From Planctomycetota bacterium (lineage in GTDB: Bacteria; Planctomycetota; JAJSAM01; JAJVHW01), in NCBI GenBank assembly GCA_965248445.1, contig CBDFJG010000004.1, positions 832,001 to 896,000 of the forward strand: a stretch of 64,000 bases of DNA, read 5' to 3'. Below are positions 40,605-50,580 of this stretch, one piece after another (position 1 is the first letter of the stretch; every line of letters begins with the position of its first letter). The notes under the pieces are model-generated. The model made no database searches. It saw nothing but the letters and a program-made list of their open reading frames with translations, and was not told where the DNA came from. The translations under genes were made by a program, and so were the position numbers.

Positions 40605-41672
40605 ATGAACGCGACACCCGAGCCGGCACTGTCGATCCTGATTCCGACCCGCGATCGGGCGGAATCGCTGCGACTCACGCTCGAGGCCCTGGCCGCCGAC
40701 CGGACCGAGCACGCGTTCGAGGTCGTGGTGATCGACAACGGCAACCAGCCCACACTCGATCTCGACTCCCTCGTCGTGCCGACGCTCCCGTCACTCCGCC
40801 TGCTCCACGACCCCCGGCCCGGTAAGGCCCACCCAATGAACTGCGCGCTCGACGCGGGCGGCCTGGCCCCCCTCGTCGCGGTCCTCGACGACGACATGAC
40901 TCCCGCCACCGACTGGGTCGACGGCGTCCTCGCCGCCTCGGAGCGGCTGCCCGAGTTCGACATATTCTCCGGGCGCTCCCACGCCATCTGGCCGGGCGGG
41001 ACCACCCCGCCCGCGTGGGCGGACACGTTCGTCCTCGGTATGGCGTTTTCGGTGGCCGACCTCGACGCCGAACGCGACGTCGAGTTCGGAGTCGGTCCGG
41101 TCCCGGCCCCGAGCGGAAACCAGTTCTGGTTCCGCCGCACCGTGCTCCGAGCCGGGATGCGTTTCCCGGACGCGTGGCCGCCGGAGTTCCACTTCGTCAT
41201 GGCCCTGCGTGCTGCGGGACACAGGGGGACGTTCGTACCCGGAGTCGTCGCAGGTCACCGCGTGCAGCCCGAGCTGATCGGTCTCGGCGAGCTCCGGAAG
41301 AGGAGCGCCCGTCTCGGCCGCGAGATCGCGCGGCTGGAGTTCGTCCTTCCGGATCCCGCGGTACTCGGTGGCCCGCCGAGGATGAGCCGCTGGCGGCAGG
41401 CCGCTCGCGCGACCCTCGCGGTCGGCGCGTGGTCTATCCGGTGGGCGCGTGCTTCGCTGAGTCCGGCGGCGACGCGGCCCGGAACGCGGGCGCGGGCGAT
41501 CATCGGATTGGCGACGAACAGGGAGCGGCTGGCGCTGGCGTTCGCACCGGAGCGGGCGCGACTCCTTCGCGAGTGGATGTCGAGTACATCGCAGCCGATG
41601 TCCGGGGCAGCAGCACAACTCCGCAACGAGGAGTCGCACTACGGCAACGGCGCAAGCGAGTTCGCAAGATGA
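40605..41672 (+). CDS. glycosyltransferase family 2
   Basis: LSILIPTRDR, VVVIDNG, LDDD; ATGA overlap with the NRPS. Confidence 0.88.
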   Translation: MNATPEPALSILIPTRDRAESLRLTLEALAADRTEHAFEVVVIDNGNQPTLDLDSLVVPTLPSLRLLHDPRPGKAHPMNCALDAGGLAPLVAVLDDDMTPATDWVDGVLAASERLPEFDIFSGRSHAIWPGGTTPPAWADTFVLGMAFSVADLDAERDVEFGVGPVPAPSGNQFWFRRTVLRAGMRFPDAWPPEFHFVMALRAAGHRGTFVPGVVAGHRVQPELIGLGELRKRSARLGREIARLEFVLPDPAVLGGPPRMSRWRQAARATLAVGAWSIRWARASLSPAATRPGTRARAIIGLATNRERLALAFAPERARLLREWMSSTSQPMSGAAAQLRNEESHYGNGASEFAR

Positions 41673-44600
41673 GTCAGCAGCCTGAGCCCCGGCCCGTCCC
41701 CGCCGAGTGGTGCGAGCGTACCGTCGCCTACGACCGCAGCGTCCCGGTGCACGGCCACTTCGCCCGCGCTGCCACGCGGTACGCCGACAAGGTCGCGCTC
41801 CGCTGGTCGGGAGGCGACATGACGTATGCCGACCTCGACGCGCGCTCAGCCCGCCTGGCCTGCCTGCTCGTGGACGAAGGCGTCCGCCCGGGCGATCTCG
41901 TCCCGGTCGCGATGCACCGCTCGCCAGAGGTCATCATCGCCTTCCTGGGGATCTTGCGGGCCGGCGCGGCATTCGTGCCGCTCGACCCGACGTGGCCCGG
42001 CCTCAGACTCGCCGGCATGCTCGCGGACATCGCGCCTCGGCTCGCCGTCGTCGACGGGGACGTGCCCGGCTGGCCAGAGGACATCGCGACGCTGTCGCTC
42101 GACAGTGTGGGCGACACGCTGGAGGGATGGCCCGGATCCCCGCCCGACGTCGCATGCGACCCGGAGTCCCCTGCATACGTGATGTTCACCTCGGGCTCCA
42201 CCGGGCGCCCTAAGGGGGTCGTCGTCCCTCACCGCGCGATCGTCCGCCTGGTCATAGGCAACGACTTCGCAGACCTCGGATCCGATCAGACGTGGCTGCA
42301 GGGCGCGCCGCTCTCCTTCGACGCCTCGACACTCGAGATCTGGGCCCCGCTTCTGAACGGGGGCACGTGCACACTGCTGGACGCGGAGATCCCCACGATC
42401 GAGGAACTCCGCCGGGCCATCGCGGACCTCGGCGTCACGAGTGTGTTCCTCACAACGGCGCTGTTCAACCTCGTGGTCGACGAGGATCTGCCCGCGCTGG
42501 CTCCGCTGCGGCAGCTGATCACCGGCGGCGAGGTCTGCTCTGTCCCGCACTTGCGGCGCGCGTTCGACGCGCTGCGCGCGACCCGGCTCATCCACGCCTA
42601 CGGCCCCACCGAGAACACGACGTTCACGACCTGCCACACGATCCGACAACAGGACTTCGCGTCGGCTGGGTCGATCCCGATCGGCCGGCCCATCGCGAAC
42701 ACGCGCGTGTACGTGCTCGATGAACAGGACCAGCCGGTGGGCGTCGGCGAGCCGGGAGAACTCTGCGCCGCCGGCGATGGCGTGGCGATCGGCTACCTGG
42801 GGCGTCCAGAGGCGACCAACCGGGCCTTCGTCCCGGACCCCAGAGACGCTGCTACCGGCGCGCGGATGTACCGGACCGGCGACCTGGTCAGGTGGGACGA
42901 CGACGGTCGCGTTCAATTCGTCGGCCGCAAGGACCGTCAACTCAAGATCCGCGGCCATCGCATCGAGCCCGGCGAGATCGAGGCGCATCTCAATCGCTGC
43001 CCAGGCGTGCGCCGCTCGGCGGTGCGGGCGGAGGAGACCGACGCCGGCCGACAGCTCGTGGCGTTCGTCGTCGCAGACGCGCGCGGCCGGACCGCAACTG
43101 CGGCGCTCCGCAAGCAACTCGCAGCCCATCTGCCTGCCCAGATGCTCCCGTCGCGGTTCGAGTGGATCGACACGCTGCCGATCGGCGACACGGGCAAGCT
43201 CGATCGCGAGCGGCTGCCCGCGCCGAGCGGCGAGTCGGACCAGGGGGCACGTCCGGTGCCCGACGCGTGGAACGGCCGCACCGTTCCTTACGACCGGTCC
43301 ACTCCTGTTCACGGGCACGTCGAACGGATGGCCGCAGCGCATCCAGGTCGCATCGCGATTCGCACGGGCAGCGAGGAGATCACGTACGCCGAACTGGACG
43401 CGCGCTCGGCGCAGCTCGCGCGCCTACTGGCCGAGCACGGCGTCGGCCGCGGAGACTTCGTCCCAGTGGCGATGTGCCGCTCTCCCGACGTCATCGTGGC
43501 CCTGCTTGCCACGCTGCGGGCCGGAGCCGCCTTCGCGCCGCTGGGCCCCGCATATCCGGCAGCACGGCTCCGAACCATGTTGGACGATCTGGCGCCACGC
43601 CTCGCAATCGTCGACGACGACATCGTCCGAGCGGGCTGGCTCGACGACATGACAGTCCTCGAGCGGCGTGATTGGGCGGACGTACCGCGTTCGCCCGAGC
43701 AGCCGCCGCCTCGCGTCAAGGTCGATCCGGATGCCCCCGCGTACGTGATGTTCACGTCGGGAACCAGCGGCCGGCCGAAGGGCGTGATCGTGCCCCACCG
43801 GGGGATCGTCCGCCTCATCGTCGGAGCGGACTACGCGAAGTTCGGTCCGGATGAGACGTGGCTGCAGGCAGCCCCGCTGGCGTTCGACGTCTCCACGATC
43901 GAGATCTGGGGGCCGCTCATGACTGGAGGGACCTGCGCGCTACTCCCGCAGCAGGTGCCGGTGGTCCACGAACTCCGCGACGCCATCCGCGAGCTCGGCG
44001 TGACCAGTCTGAATCTCACGACGTCGCTGTTCAACCTGGTCGTCGACGCCGACGTGGACGCTCTGGCGCCCGTTCGACAACTCCTCGTTGGCGGTGAGGC
44101 GCTGTCACCGCAGCACGTGCGACGTGCTTTCGAGGCGCTTCCGAACACCGCGATCATCAATGTCTTCGGACACACCGAGAACACCACGTTCACGACCAGC
44201 CACACCGTCCGCCGCGAGGACGTGGTGTCCGGAGAGTCGATCCCCATCGGCCGCCCGATCGCGAACACGCGTGTCATCGTCGTCGACCACGACGGCCGCC
44301 CTGTGGGTATCGGGGTGCCAGGTGAGGTCTGCGCGACAGGTGACGGTGTCGCGCTCGGCTACCTGAAGTCCCCGGATCTGTCGAGCCGCGTCTTCGTCCC
44401 CGACCCCACCAGCCCGGCCGCCCGGATGTACCGGACCGGCGACCAGGCGCAGTGGGGGGACGACGGGCTCCTGCGCTTCGTCGGGCGCATGGATCGACAG
44501 CAGAAGATCCGCGGCCACCGGGTCGAGCCCCAATCGGTCGAGATAGCGCTGCTCGCCTGTTCCGGCGTGCGCCAGGCGGCGGTCGAAGTGCACGCGGTTG

Positions 44601-47482
44601 CTGGCGCGAAGCAGCTCATCGCTTTCGTGTCGGGACGCAGGCGAACCGACCTGCGGTGCGAACTGTCCACGCGTCTGCCTGCGTACATGATGCCGTCGCG
44701 TATCCATTGGCTCGACGCGCTGCCCCTCGGACCACGCGGCAAGGTCGACCGCGCGACGCTTCGTCGACGGCTGGAGCGGTCGACGAGCATGCAGACTCCG
44801 CTCTCTCCGGGGGACGGAACCGCGCTGTCGGTCGTCCTCAACATCTGGCGCGAACTACTCGGGCTCGAGGAACTGGGCCCGAACGACGACGTACTCGCCG
44901 CCGGTGCCGACTCGCTCACGACGGTTCGTGCCGCCGCACGCATCGACGAAGAACTCGGGGTGCGATTGTCGTTCACGGATCTGCTGGCGGCGCGCACGGC
45001 GCTGAACATGGCGCCGCTCATAGAGGCGCCAAGGGACGACACGGAGGACGCAGAAGCGCTCCCGAGCGGTCCGCCGCAGCTCGGCGTCGGGGAACTCCTC
45101 GTCCATCTGGTGAGCCTGAGCAGTCCGCCGGCTGCGTACAACGAACCGTTCGCGACGACACTGCGCGGCGAGCTGAACGAGCTCGCCCTGCACGCCGCGC
45201 TCGACGACCTCGTGGCCCGCCACGAGGCGCTGCGAACCCGCATCGCGCGCCGCGAGGACTCGTTCGTGCCAGTGGTGCAGCCCCGTGCGCCGTTCCCGCT
45301 CGCCACGGCGGATCTTCCGTGGGACGAGTCCGCCGTCAGCGCCCGACTCGTCGAAGAATCCGCGCGTCCGTTCGACCTCGCGAGCGAAATGCCGGCGCGG
45401 GGCCTCCTTCTGCGTCACGGCCCGCGGCACGCGAGTCTCCTGCTCGTGTTCCACCACGTGGTGTTCGACGACTGGGCGATGGCCATTCTGTTCCGTGAAC
45501 TCGGCGTGCTGTATGCGGCGCACCGTGAGGGGCGGCTTCCCGAGTTGCCTGCTCCGGGGGGCCAGCCATCGGACATCGCGCGTACCCTCGCTCTCCGCCT
45601 GGACAAGCGACGACGGGCGCGGGAGATCACGTTCTGGAAGTCCACGCTCAACGGCGTGGACGTGCGACTCGCCCTGCCACGTCCGACGGATGACGATCTC
45701 GCTGTCGAGGGTCGGCAGTCCCAGCGGGAGATCCCGGTACCGATCGACGATCGAACGGCCGAGGCCCTCGAGGCGCTGGCCGTCGAGTGCGGTGTGACAC
45801 CGAACGCGGTGGCGCTCGCCGGCGTCGGAGCCGCTCTTTCCCGCGAACTCGGGCGGAAGGACGTCGTCCTCACCACGCACTTGACCCTTCGAGACGTGCT
45901 CTCGGCGACCGACATTGTCGGCATCGCGCTCAACGCCGTCATGATCCACATGCATCTCGAGCCCGACCTGGACCACCGTGGCCTGATCGGGCAGGTCGCC
46001 GAGACGAGCGCTGCGGCGTTCCGCCACGGTCTGGTACCGATCGCGGACGTGCTGCCGGCACTGGACATCCCGCGTGAATCCGCTCGGCGACCGCTCCAGG
46101 CCCTGGTCGTGCACCGTCCGCACACGGACGTGGTCATCGAGCTTGATGAACTGCAGTCCTCGCCCTTGACGACCCGCACGCAGATTCCCAAGGCGGACCT
46201 CCTTGTCTGGCTGGATCGCGCCGACGTCGGCTACGACTCGCGGATCGAGTACGACGGCCGGAACGTCTCGGCGGCGTGGGCTGCCCGCCTCGCCGGGACG
46301 CTCGCCGCCGTGTACCGGGAGATGTGCGAGGACGCCTCTGCGCTCGCTGTCCCTGCCGGCGCGTTGGCGCAGCTCGCCGACGACCCGGTACCGGCGTCAT
46401 CATCGGAACCCGCCGCCACGCCCGTGGCCCCCGCGACGGCGACCGAGACCGTCGTTCTCGAGGTCTGGCGCGAACTCCTCAGCAGCCCTGACATCGGGGT
46501 CCTGGACGACTTCTTCTCCCGCGGCGGGCACTCACTGCTCGCAGTGCGCATGCTCGCGCGTGTCGAGAAAGCCACGGGAGTCAACCTGCGCGCGCGGGCC
46601 GTGTTCGAGATGCCCACGGTGCGCGGCCTGGCAACTCTGATCGACGAACGCGGCACGCTGCCCACAGGCGCGGCGTCGGGAGCGCTGCTCCTGCGCGACG
46701 GTGGTGCAACGGCGCCGCTCTTCTGTCTTCCGGGCGTCGGAGGCCACGCGTTCCAGTACCGAGAATTGGTGGAACGCATGCAGACGCAACGCCCGCTTTA
46801 CGCGCTGCAGCTCCACGATCTCGATGTATCCGCCCGCTGTCTGGAGTCCGTCGACGAGACGGCGGCGGCGTTCGTCGCGAGCATTCGCTCGGTGTGCCCC
46901 CATGGGCCGTACGCACTCGCCGGCTACTCGTACGGCGGCATGCTGGCGATCGAGATCGCACGGCGCCTGACGGACGCAGGCGCAGCGGTGCAGTTCGTCG
47001 GCCTGATCGACACGTACGCACCCGGCGTCGCGTTTCCCGCACCGCGACTGCGCAAGGTGGGCGCGCACCTGCGCAGCCTCGCCTCCATGGGCCTCGGCGA
47101 GGCCTCCGAGTACCTCTCGAGTCGCATCCGCCGACGGATCGCGGCGGCTGCGTTCTACCTCCGCGAGCGGAAGACCGGAACGCCGGAGATCTCGGAGAGT
47201 CTCGCGACGCGAATCGAGGAGACACGCGTCCTCTGCCTGCGAGCGATTCGGAACTACGAGGTCCGCCCCATTCCGACTCCGGTCGCCGTCTTCCGGGCCA
47301 CCCGCCTCACCGATTGGGTCGACGTCAACGATCCCACCGGCACCTGCGGCTGGGGTCCGCTGGCTCCCGCCGTGACCGTGGTCGACCTCGACTGCGAGCA
47401 CCTCGAGCTCTTCCGCGAGCCTCACTTGAGCGAGCTTGCGGCCCGGCTCGACGAGGCGCTCGCGAGCCTGGGCGACGCCTAG
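41669..47482 (+). CDS. non-ribosomal peptide synthetase, domain order A-A-T-C-T-TE (1937 aa)
   Basis: A1: YVMFTSGSTGRPKG, YGPTE, YRTGD, GKLDR. A2: YVMFTSGTSGRPKG, FGHTE, YRTGD, GKVDR. T1: GADSL. C: HHVVFDD. T2: GGHSL. TE: GYSYGG. Confidence 0.92.
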   Translation: MSQQPEPRPVPAEWCERTVAYDRSVPVHGHFARAATRYADKVALRWSGGDMTYADLDARSARLACLLVDEGVRPGDLVPVAMHRSPEVIIAFLGILRAGAAFVPLDPTWPGLRLAGMLADIAPRLAVVDGDVPGWPEDIATLSLDSVGDTLEGWPGSPPDVACDPESPAYVMFTSGSTGRPKGVVVPHRAIVRLVIGNDFADLGSDQTWLQGAPLSFDASTLEIWAPLLNGGTCTLLDAEIPTIEELRRAIADLGVTSVFLTTALFNLVVDEDLPALAPLRQLITGGEVCSVPHLRRAFDALRATRLIHAYGPTENTTFTTCHTIRQQDFASAGSIPIGRPIANTRVYVLDEQDQPVGVGEPGELCAAGDGVAIGYLGRPEATNRAFVPDPRDAATGARMYRTGDLVRWDDDGRVQFVGRKDRQLKIRGHRIEPGEIEAHLNRCPGVRRSAVRAEETDAGRQLVAFVVADARGRTATAALRKQLAAHLPAQMLPSRFEWIDTLPIGDTGKLDRERLPAPSGESDQGARPVPDAWNGRTVPYDRSTPVHGHVERMAAAHPGRIAIRTGSEEITYAELDARSAQLARLLAEHGVGRGDFVPVAMCRSPDVIVALLATLRAGAAFAPLGPAYPAARLRTMLDDLAPRLAIVDDDIVRAGWLDDMTVLERRDWADVPRSPEQPPPRVKVDPDAPAYVMFTSGTSGRPKGVIVPHRGIVRLIVGADYAKFGPDETWLQAAPLAFDVSTIEIWGPLMTGGTCALLPQQVPVVHELRDAIRELGVTSLNLTTSLFNLVVDADVDALAPVRQLLVGGEALSPQHVRRAFEALPNTAIINVFGHTENTTFTTSHTVRREDVVSGESIPIGRPIANTRVIVVDHDGRPVGIGVPGEVCATGDGVALGYLKSPDLSSRVFVPDPTSPAARMYRTGDQAQWGDDGLLRFVGRMDRQQKIRGHRVEPQSVEIALLACSGVRQAAVEVHAVAGAKQLIAFVSGRRRTDLRCELSTRLPAYMMPSRIHWLDALPLGPRGKVDRATLRRRLERSTSMQTPLSPGDGTALSVVLNIWRELLGLEELGPNDDVLAAGADSLTTVRAAARIDEELGVRLSFTDLLAARTALNMAPLIEAPRDDTEDAEALPSGPPQLGVGELLVHLVSLSSPPAAYNEPFATTLRGELNELALHAALDDLVARHEALRTRIARREDSFVPVVQPRAPFPLATADLPWDESAVSARLVEESARPFDLASEMPARGLLLRHGPRHASLLLVFHHVVFDDWAMAILFRELGVLYAAHREGRLPELPAPGGQPSDIARTLALRLDKRRRAREITFWKSTLNGVDVRLALPRPTDDDLAVEGRQSQREIPVPIDDRTAEALEALAVECGVTPNAVALAGVGAALSRELGRKDVVLTTHLTLRDVLSATDIVGIALNAVMIHMHLEPDLDHRGLIGQVAETSAAAFRHGLVPIADVLPALDIPRESARRPLQALVVHRPHTDVVIELDELQSSPLTTRTQIPKADLLVWLDRADVGYDSRIEYDGRNVSAAWAARLAGTLAAVYREMCEDASALAVPAGALAQLADDPVPASSSEPAATPVAPATATETVVLEVWRELLSSPDIGVLDDFFSRGGHSLLAVRMLARVEKATGVNLRARAVFEMPTVRGLATLIDERGTLPTGAASGALLLRDGGATAPLFCLPGVGGHAFQYRELVERMQTQRPLYALQLHDLDVSARCLESVDETAAAFVASIRSVCPHGPYALAGYSYGGMLAIEIARRLTDAGAAVQFVGLIDTYAPGVAFPAPRLRKVGAHLRSLASMGLGEASEYLSSRIRRRIAAAAFYLRERKTGTPEISESLATRIEETRVLCLRAIRNYEVRPIPTPVAVFRATRLTDWVDVNDPTGTCGWGPLAPAVTVVDLDCEHLELFREPHLSELAARLDEALASLGDA

Positions 47483-47504
47483 AACCTGCGACCGGCCGAC
47501 AGAC

Positions 47505-48549
47505 CATGCATATCCGGTTGACGACCGTGACCCCAAGGGGTAGTGTCTCGGACGCATGCCGAAGCCGGGCTACCCTCGCAACATCGTGGAGTTCACGGAG
47601 CAGTTCGCGACGGAAGAGCAGTGCCTCGAGTACCTCGTGCAGTGTCGTTGGCCCGACGGGTTCCGCTGCCGCCGGTGCGGCGGCAAGAAGTACTGGCCCC
47701 GTCCAGATCGAAGAGCGATGCGGTGCGTGGGCTGCGACCTGATCACGTCGGTCACCGCGGGCACAGTGCTGCATCGCAGCCGGCTGCCGCTGAAGTCCTG
47801 GATGTGGGCCGCGTACTTGATGACGACGGACAAGCGGGGCGTCTCTGCGCTCGCACTCCAGCGACAGCTCGGTCTGACCCGCTACGAGACCGCGTACCAG
47901 ATGCTCCAGAAACTGCGATCTGCGATGGTCGCGCCGGAGCGCGCGCAGTTGTTCGGCGTCGTCGAGGTCGACGAGGCGCTGATCGGAGCGCCGTTTCGAG
48001 GCCGAGAGGAGCGCACCGCGGCAGACAAGGCCGTCGTGGTCGGCGCGGTCGAGGTGCGTCCGACGAAGAGAGGTACACAGCCCGGACGCATCCGGCTGCG
48101 CCACGTGCCGGCCTCATCGAAGCCGCACCTGCTGGCGTTCGTCAAGGACAGCATCGAGCGTGGGGCGCTCGTCGTGACCGACGGCCACGAGACCTACGAC
48201 GCAGTCGAGAAACTCGGCTACGAGCACGGGATCGAGTCCACGATGATGGGCGCGGCGCAGGCGGACGTCCTGAGGCACCTGCACCTGGTCTTCTCCAACC
48301 TCAAGAGACCTGGCTCGTAGGCACGCACCACGGCCGGGTCTCGAAGAAGCACCTGCAGCGGTATCTCGACGAGTTCACGTTCCGGTTCAACAGGAGACGC
48401 ACGCCGCAGGCAGCGTTCCAGACGGTCCTCGGCATCGCGGCGAAGACGCCGCCGCGCACGTACGAACAGGTCTACGCCGACGAGCCTGCAAGCCCGCTGC
48501 CCTTCTAGCACAAGATGTAGTGGGCGCGGTCATTAACCGGATATGCATG
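47505..48549 (+). mobile_element. IS1595-family insertion sequence
   Basis: TIRs CATGCATATCCGGTTGACGACC / GGTCATTAACCGGATATGCATG; 8-bp TSD CGACAGAC at 47497-47504 and 48550-48557. Confidence 0.92.
47556..48508 (+). pseudogene. IS1595 transposase, frameshifted near 48305
   Basis: Zn ribbon CRRC..CVGC, VEVDE, VTDG, then HLQRYLDEFTFRFNRR in another frame; CTCAAGAGACCTGG has an extra AG versus L-K-T-W. Confidence 0.85.
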
Positions 48550-48662
48550 CGACAGACCGCCCCCCCCCCCCCTTTCTTCCGAGTCTTCGGATCGAACGAA
48601 GTCCGGTCTCAGGCTGGGGTTCACACGATTCGAGAAAGTCAACTGTCAGCAAAAGAAAACGG

Positions 48663-48691
48663 TTGACGGGGTGTTAAGGGCTACTTAGGCT
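48663..48691 (+). promoter_or_regulatory. sigma70-like promoter for the PEP-CTERM gene
   Basis: TTGACG-17 nt-TAGGCT in an AT-richer spacer. Confidence 0.5.
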
Positions 48692-48725
48692 CGTCGCACC
48701 GTCCGGAAGCTTCAGTTTGGGGAGT

Positions 48726-49469
48726 ATGAAGATGAAGACGAGTGTGGGTATTGGTGCGCTGGCCTTCATTGCCGCGCTTGGGCTGTTGGCGCCGATTGCG
48801 AGCGCTGACCTCATTGACGACGTAGAGGTCGGCGACTACCTGCGCCTCTACGACGGGCCCGGTGGCGGAAACGGTGGCGAGTTCGAGGCCAAGGTGATGG
48901 CGAACTCCACCACCTACACCAATGTCGTCGACAGTTGGTTCACGTTCTGCATCGAGCGGAACGAGCACTTCAACTACGGTGAACAACAGAGAGTCGAGAC
49001 GATCTCGGACACGGCGATCGGCGGCGGCGTCAACGCCTCCGGCGGAGGTGACGTACTCGAGTACACGACCGCGTATCTCTACACGCAGTTCCGCAACGGC
49101 ACGCTGGAAGGCCGGGACGGGACCGGCAACTTCTTCGACACCAATGAAGAAGTGGACAACGCGACGGCGCTCCAGGAGGCCATCTGGTGGCTCGAGGGCG
49201 AGTATGGCGCGACCGCTGCGGTCACGGATCGATCCACCGAGGCCCAGCACTACATCAGCCTCGCACAGAACGCGGGCTGGACGAGCCACGGGAACGTCCG
49301 CGTCATGAACCTCGAGAGACAAGTGACCGTGAGCGGTTCGACTCAGTGGATCGACGCACAGAGTCAACTCATGCTGGTCCCCGAACCGGCAAGCGTAGCT
49401 CTTCTGGGGATCGGACTCGCAGCCGCGGCCTGCCTGCGGCGGCGGCGCGTCGCAACTCTCTCGCGATAA
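48726..49469 (+). CDS. PEP-CTERM sorting-domain surface protein (thioester-domain-like motifs)
   Basis: Signal peptide; FCIE, LQEAIWW, AQSQLML; VPEPASVALLGIGLAAAACLRRRR. Confidence 0.92.
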   Translation: MKMKTSVGIGALAFIAALGLLAPIASADLIDDVEVGDYLRLYDGPGGGNGGEFEAKVMANSTTYTNVVDSWFTFCIERNEHFNYGEQQRVETISDTAIGGGVNASGGGDVLEYTTAYLYTQFRNGTLEGRDGTGNFFDTNEEVDNATALQEAIWWLEGEYGATAAVTDRSTEAQHYISLAQNAGWTSHGNVRVMNLERQVTVSGSTQWIDAQSQLMLVPEPASVALLGIGLAAAACLRRRRVATLSR

Positions 49470-49668
49470 CAAGACCAACGGAACCCAAGCGCGCCGGCGA
49501 CGGCCTCATACGGGTGTAGTCCAGCAAAGGACTCATCAGAGGCTTGTCGTCGGCGCTTTTGTGCGTTCTTCGTGTCGTCGGCGGCGCGCTGCCGTTGGTC
49601 GGAGACTTCGACCGCAACGGGGGCGCGTCCTTCCCTCGAGGCTCGCGAAAACGCGGGGGACGGTAGCC

Positions 49669-49677
49669 TGTTAGAAT
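49669..49677 (+). promoter_or_regulatory. possible extended -10 promoter for the exosortase operon
   Basis: TGTTAGAAT about 30 nt before the exosortase start. Confidence 0.35.
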
Positions 49678-49707
49678 CTGGGCGCCGATGATGGGGGATG
49701 ACGACGC

Positions 49708-50580
49708 GTGACCGCTGCGAGCGCGACCAGCAAGGGGTTCTGGGGTGGTCCCACGCACCGCGTGATTCTCCTCGTCGTCGTCGCGCTTCTCGTAGTGGCG
49801 TTCGGCCCGACTCTGGTGGAAGTCGTCACGAAGTGGAAGGACCAGCCCGAGTACAGCCATGGATTCCTGATGCCACTCGTCGCGGCGTGGATGGTCTGGG
49901 AACGGCGAGCGGAGTTCGGGCGCCTCGCCCCGCGTGCGTCCTTCGTGGGCGGCCTCCTGCTGCTCCCGTGCGTCGGTCTCCTGCTTGTCGGCGAGGTGGC
50001 GCTGTTCGAAGTCGTCAAGCCCTACGCCTTCGTGGGCGCCCTCGCGGCAATCCTCTGGGCCTTCTACGGGCGCACGTCGGTCCGCGTCGCGATCGCACCC
50101 CTGGTCGCGCTGTTCCTGATGTGCCCGCTGCCACGCTCGATCGTGGACGGAATGACGGTCCCCCTGAGGGGCAGCGCCGCGCTGCTCGCCACGGGCATGC
50201 TCGACCTCACCGGCATCCGCGCCACGCTGGACGGCAACCTGATCAGCCTGCCCGGTCTCGAGCAGTTGTTCGTGGCCGACGCGTGCAGCGGCATCAACTC
50301 GCTGATCTCGCTCGGCAGCCTGGCGATCATCGTCTGCCTGGTCTGGCGACGGCATTGGGCCGTCGCCTCCGTGGTCCTCCTGTCCTGCATCCCGATCGCC
50401 ATCCTGACGAACGCTCTGCGTATCTGGCTGACCGGGTTCCTGTCCGTCCAGATGAGTCCCGAGACCGCGAAGGGCGTCTTCCACAACTTCCAGGGGATGG
50501 CGCTGTTCGGTGTGGGGCTGGTGTTCCTGTGGGGCTGGACCACTCTCATCGGCCGCGCGTTCCCGGCGAGGCTCGCATGA
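49708..50580 (+). CDS. exosortase
   Basis: EYSHGFL, VADACSG (Cys), NALRI (Arg), FHNFQG (His). Confidence 0.93.
   Translation: MTAASATSKGFWGGPTHRVILLVVVALLVVAFGPTLVEVVTKWKDQPEYSHGFLMPLVAAWMVWERRAEFGRLAPRASFVGGLLLLPCVGLLLVGEVALFEVVKPYAFVGALAAILWAFYGRTSVRVAIAPLVALFLMCPLPRSIVDGMTVPLRGSAALLATGMLDLTGIRATLDGNLISLPGLEQLFVADACSGINSLISLGSLAIIVCLVWRRHWAVASVVLLSCIPIAILTNALRIWLTGFLSVQMSPETAKGVFHNFQGMALFGVGLVFLWGWTTLIGRAFPARLA

Noticed and set aside
41015..41668. N-terminal extension of the NRPS ORF
   Set aside because: It overlaps the GT2 in another frame and is Arg/Pro-rich noise; ATGA coupling at 41669 marks the start.
48300..48320. Programmed frameshift in the IS1595 transposase
   Set aside because: No slippery heptamer; a 2-bp AG duplication or sequencing error is simpler.
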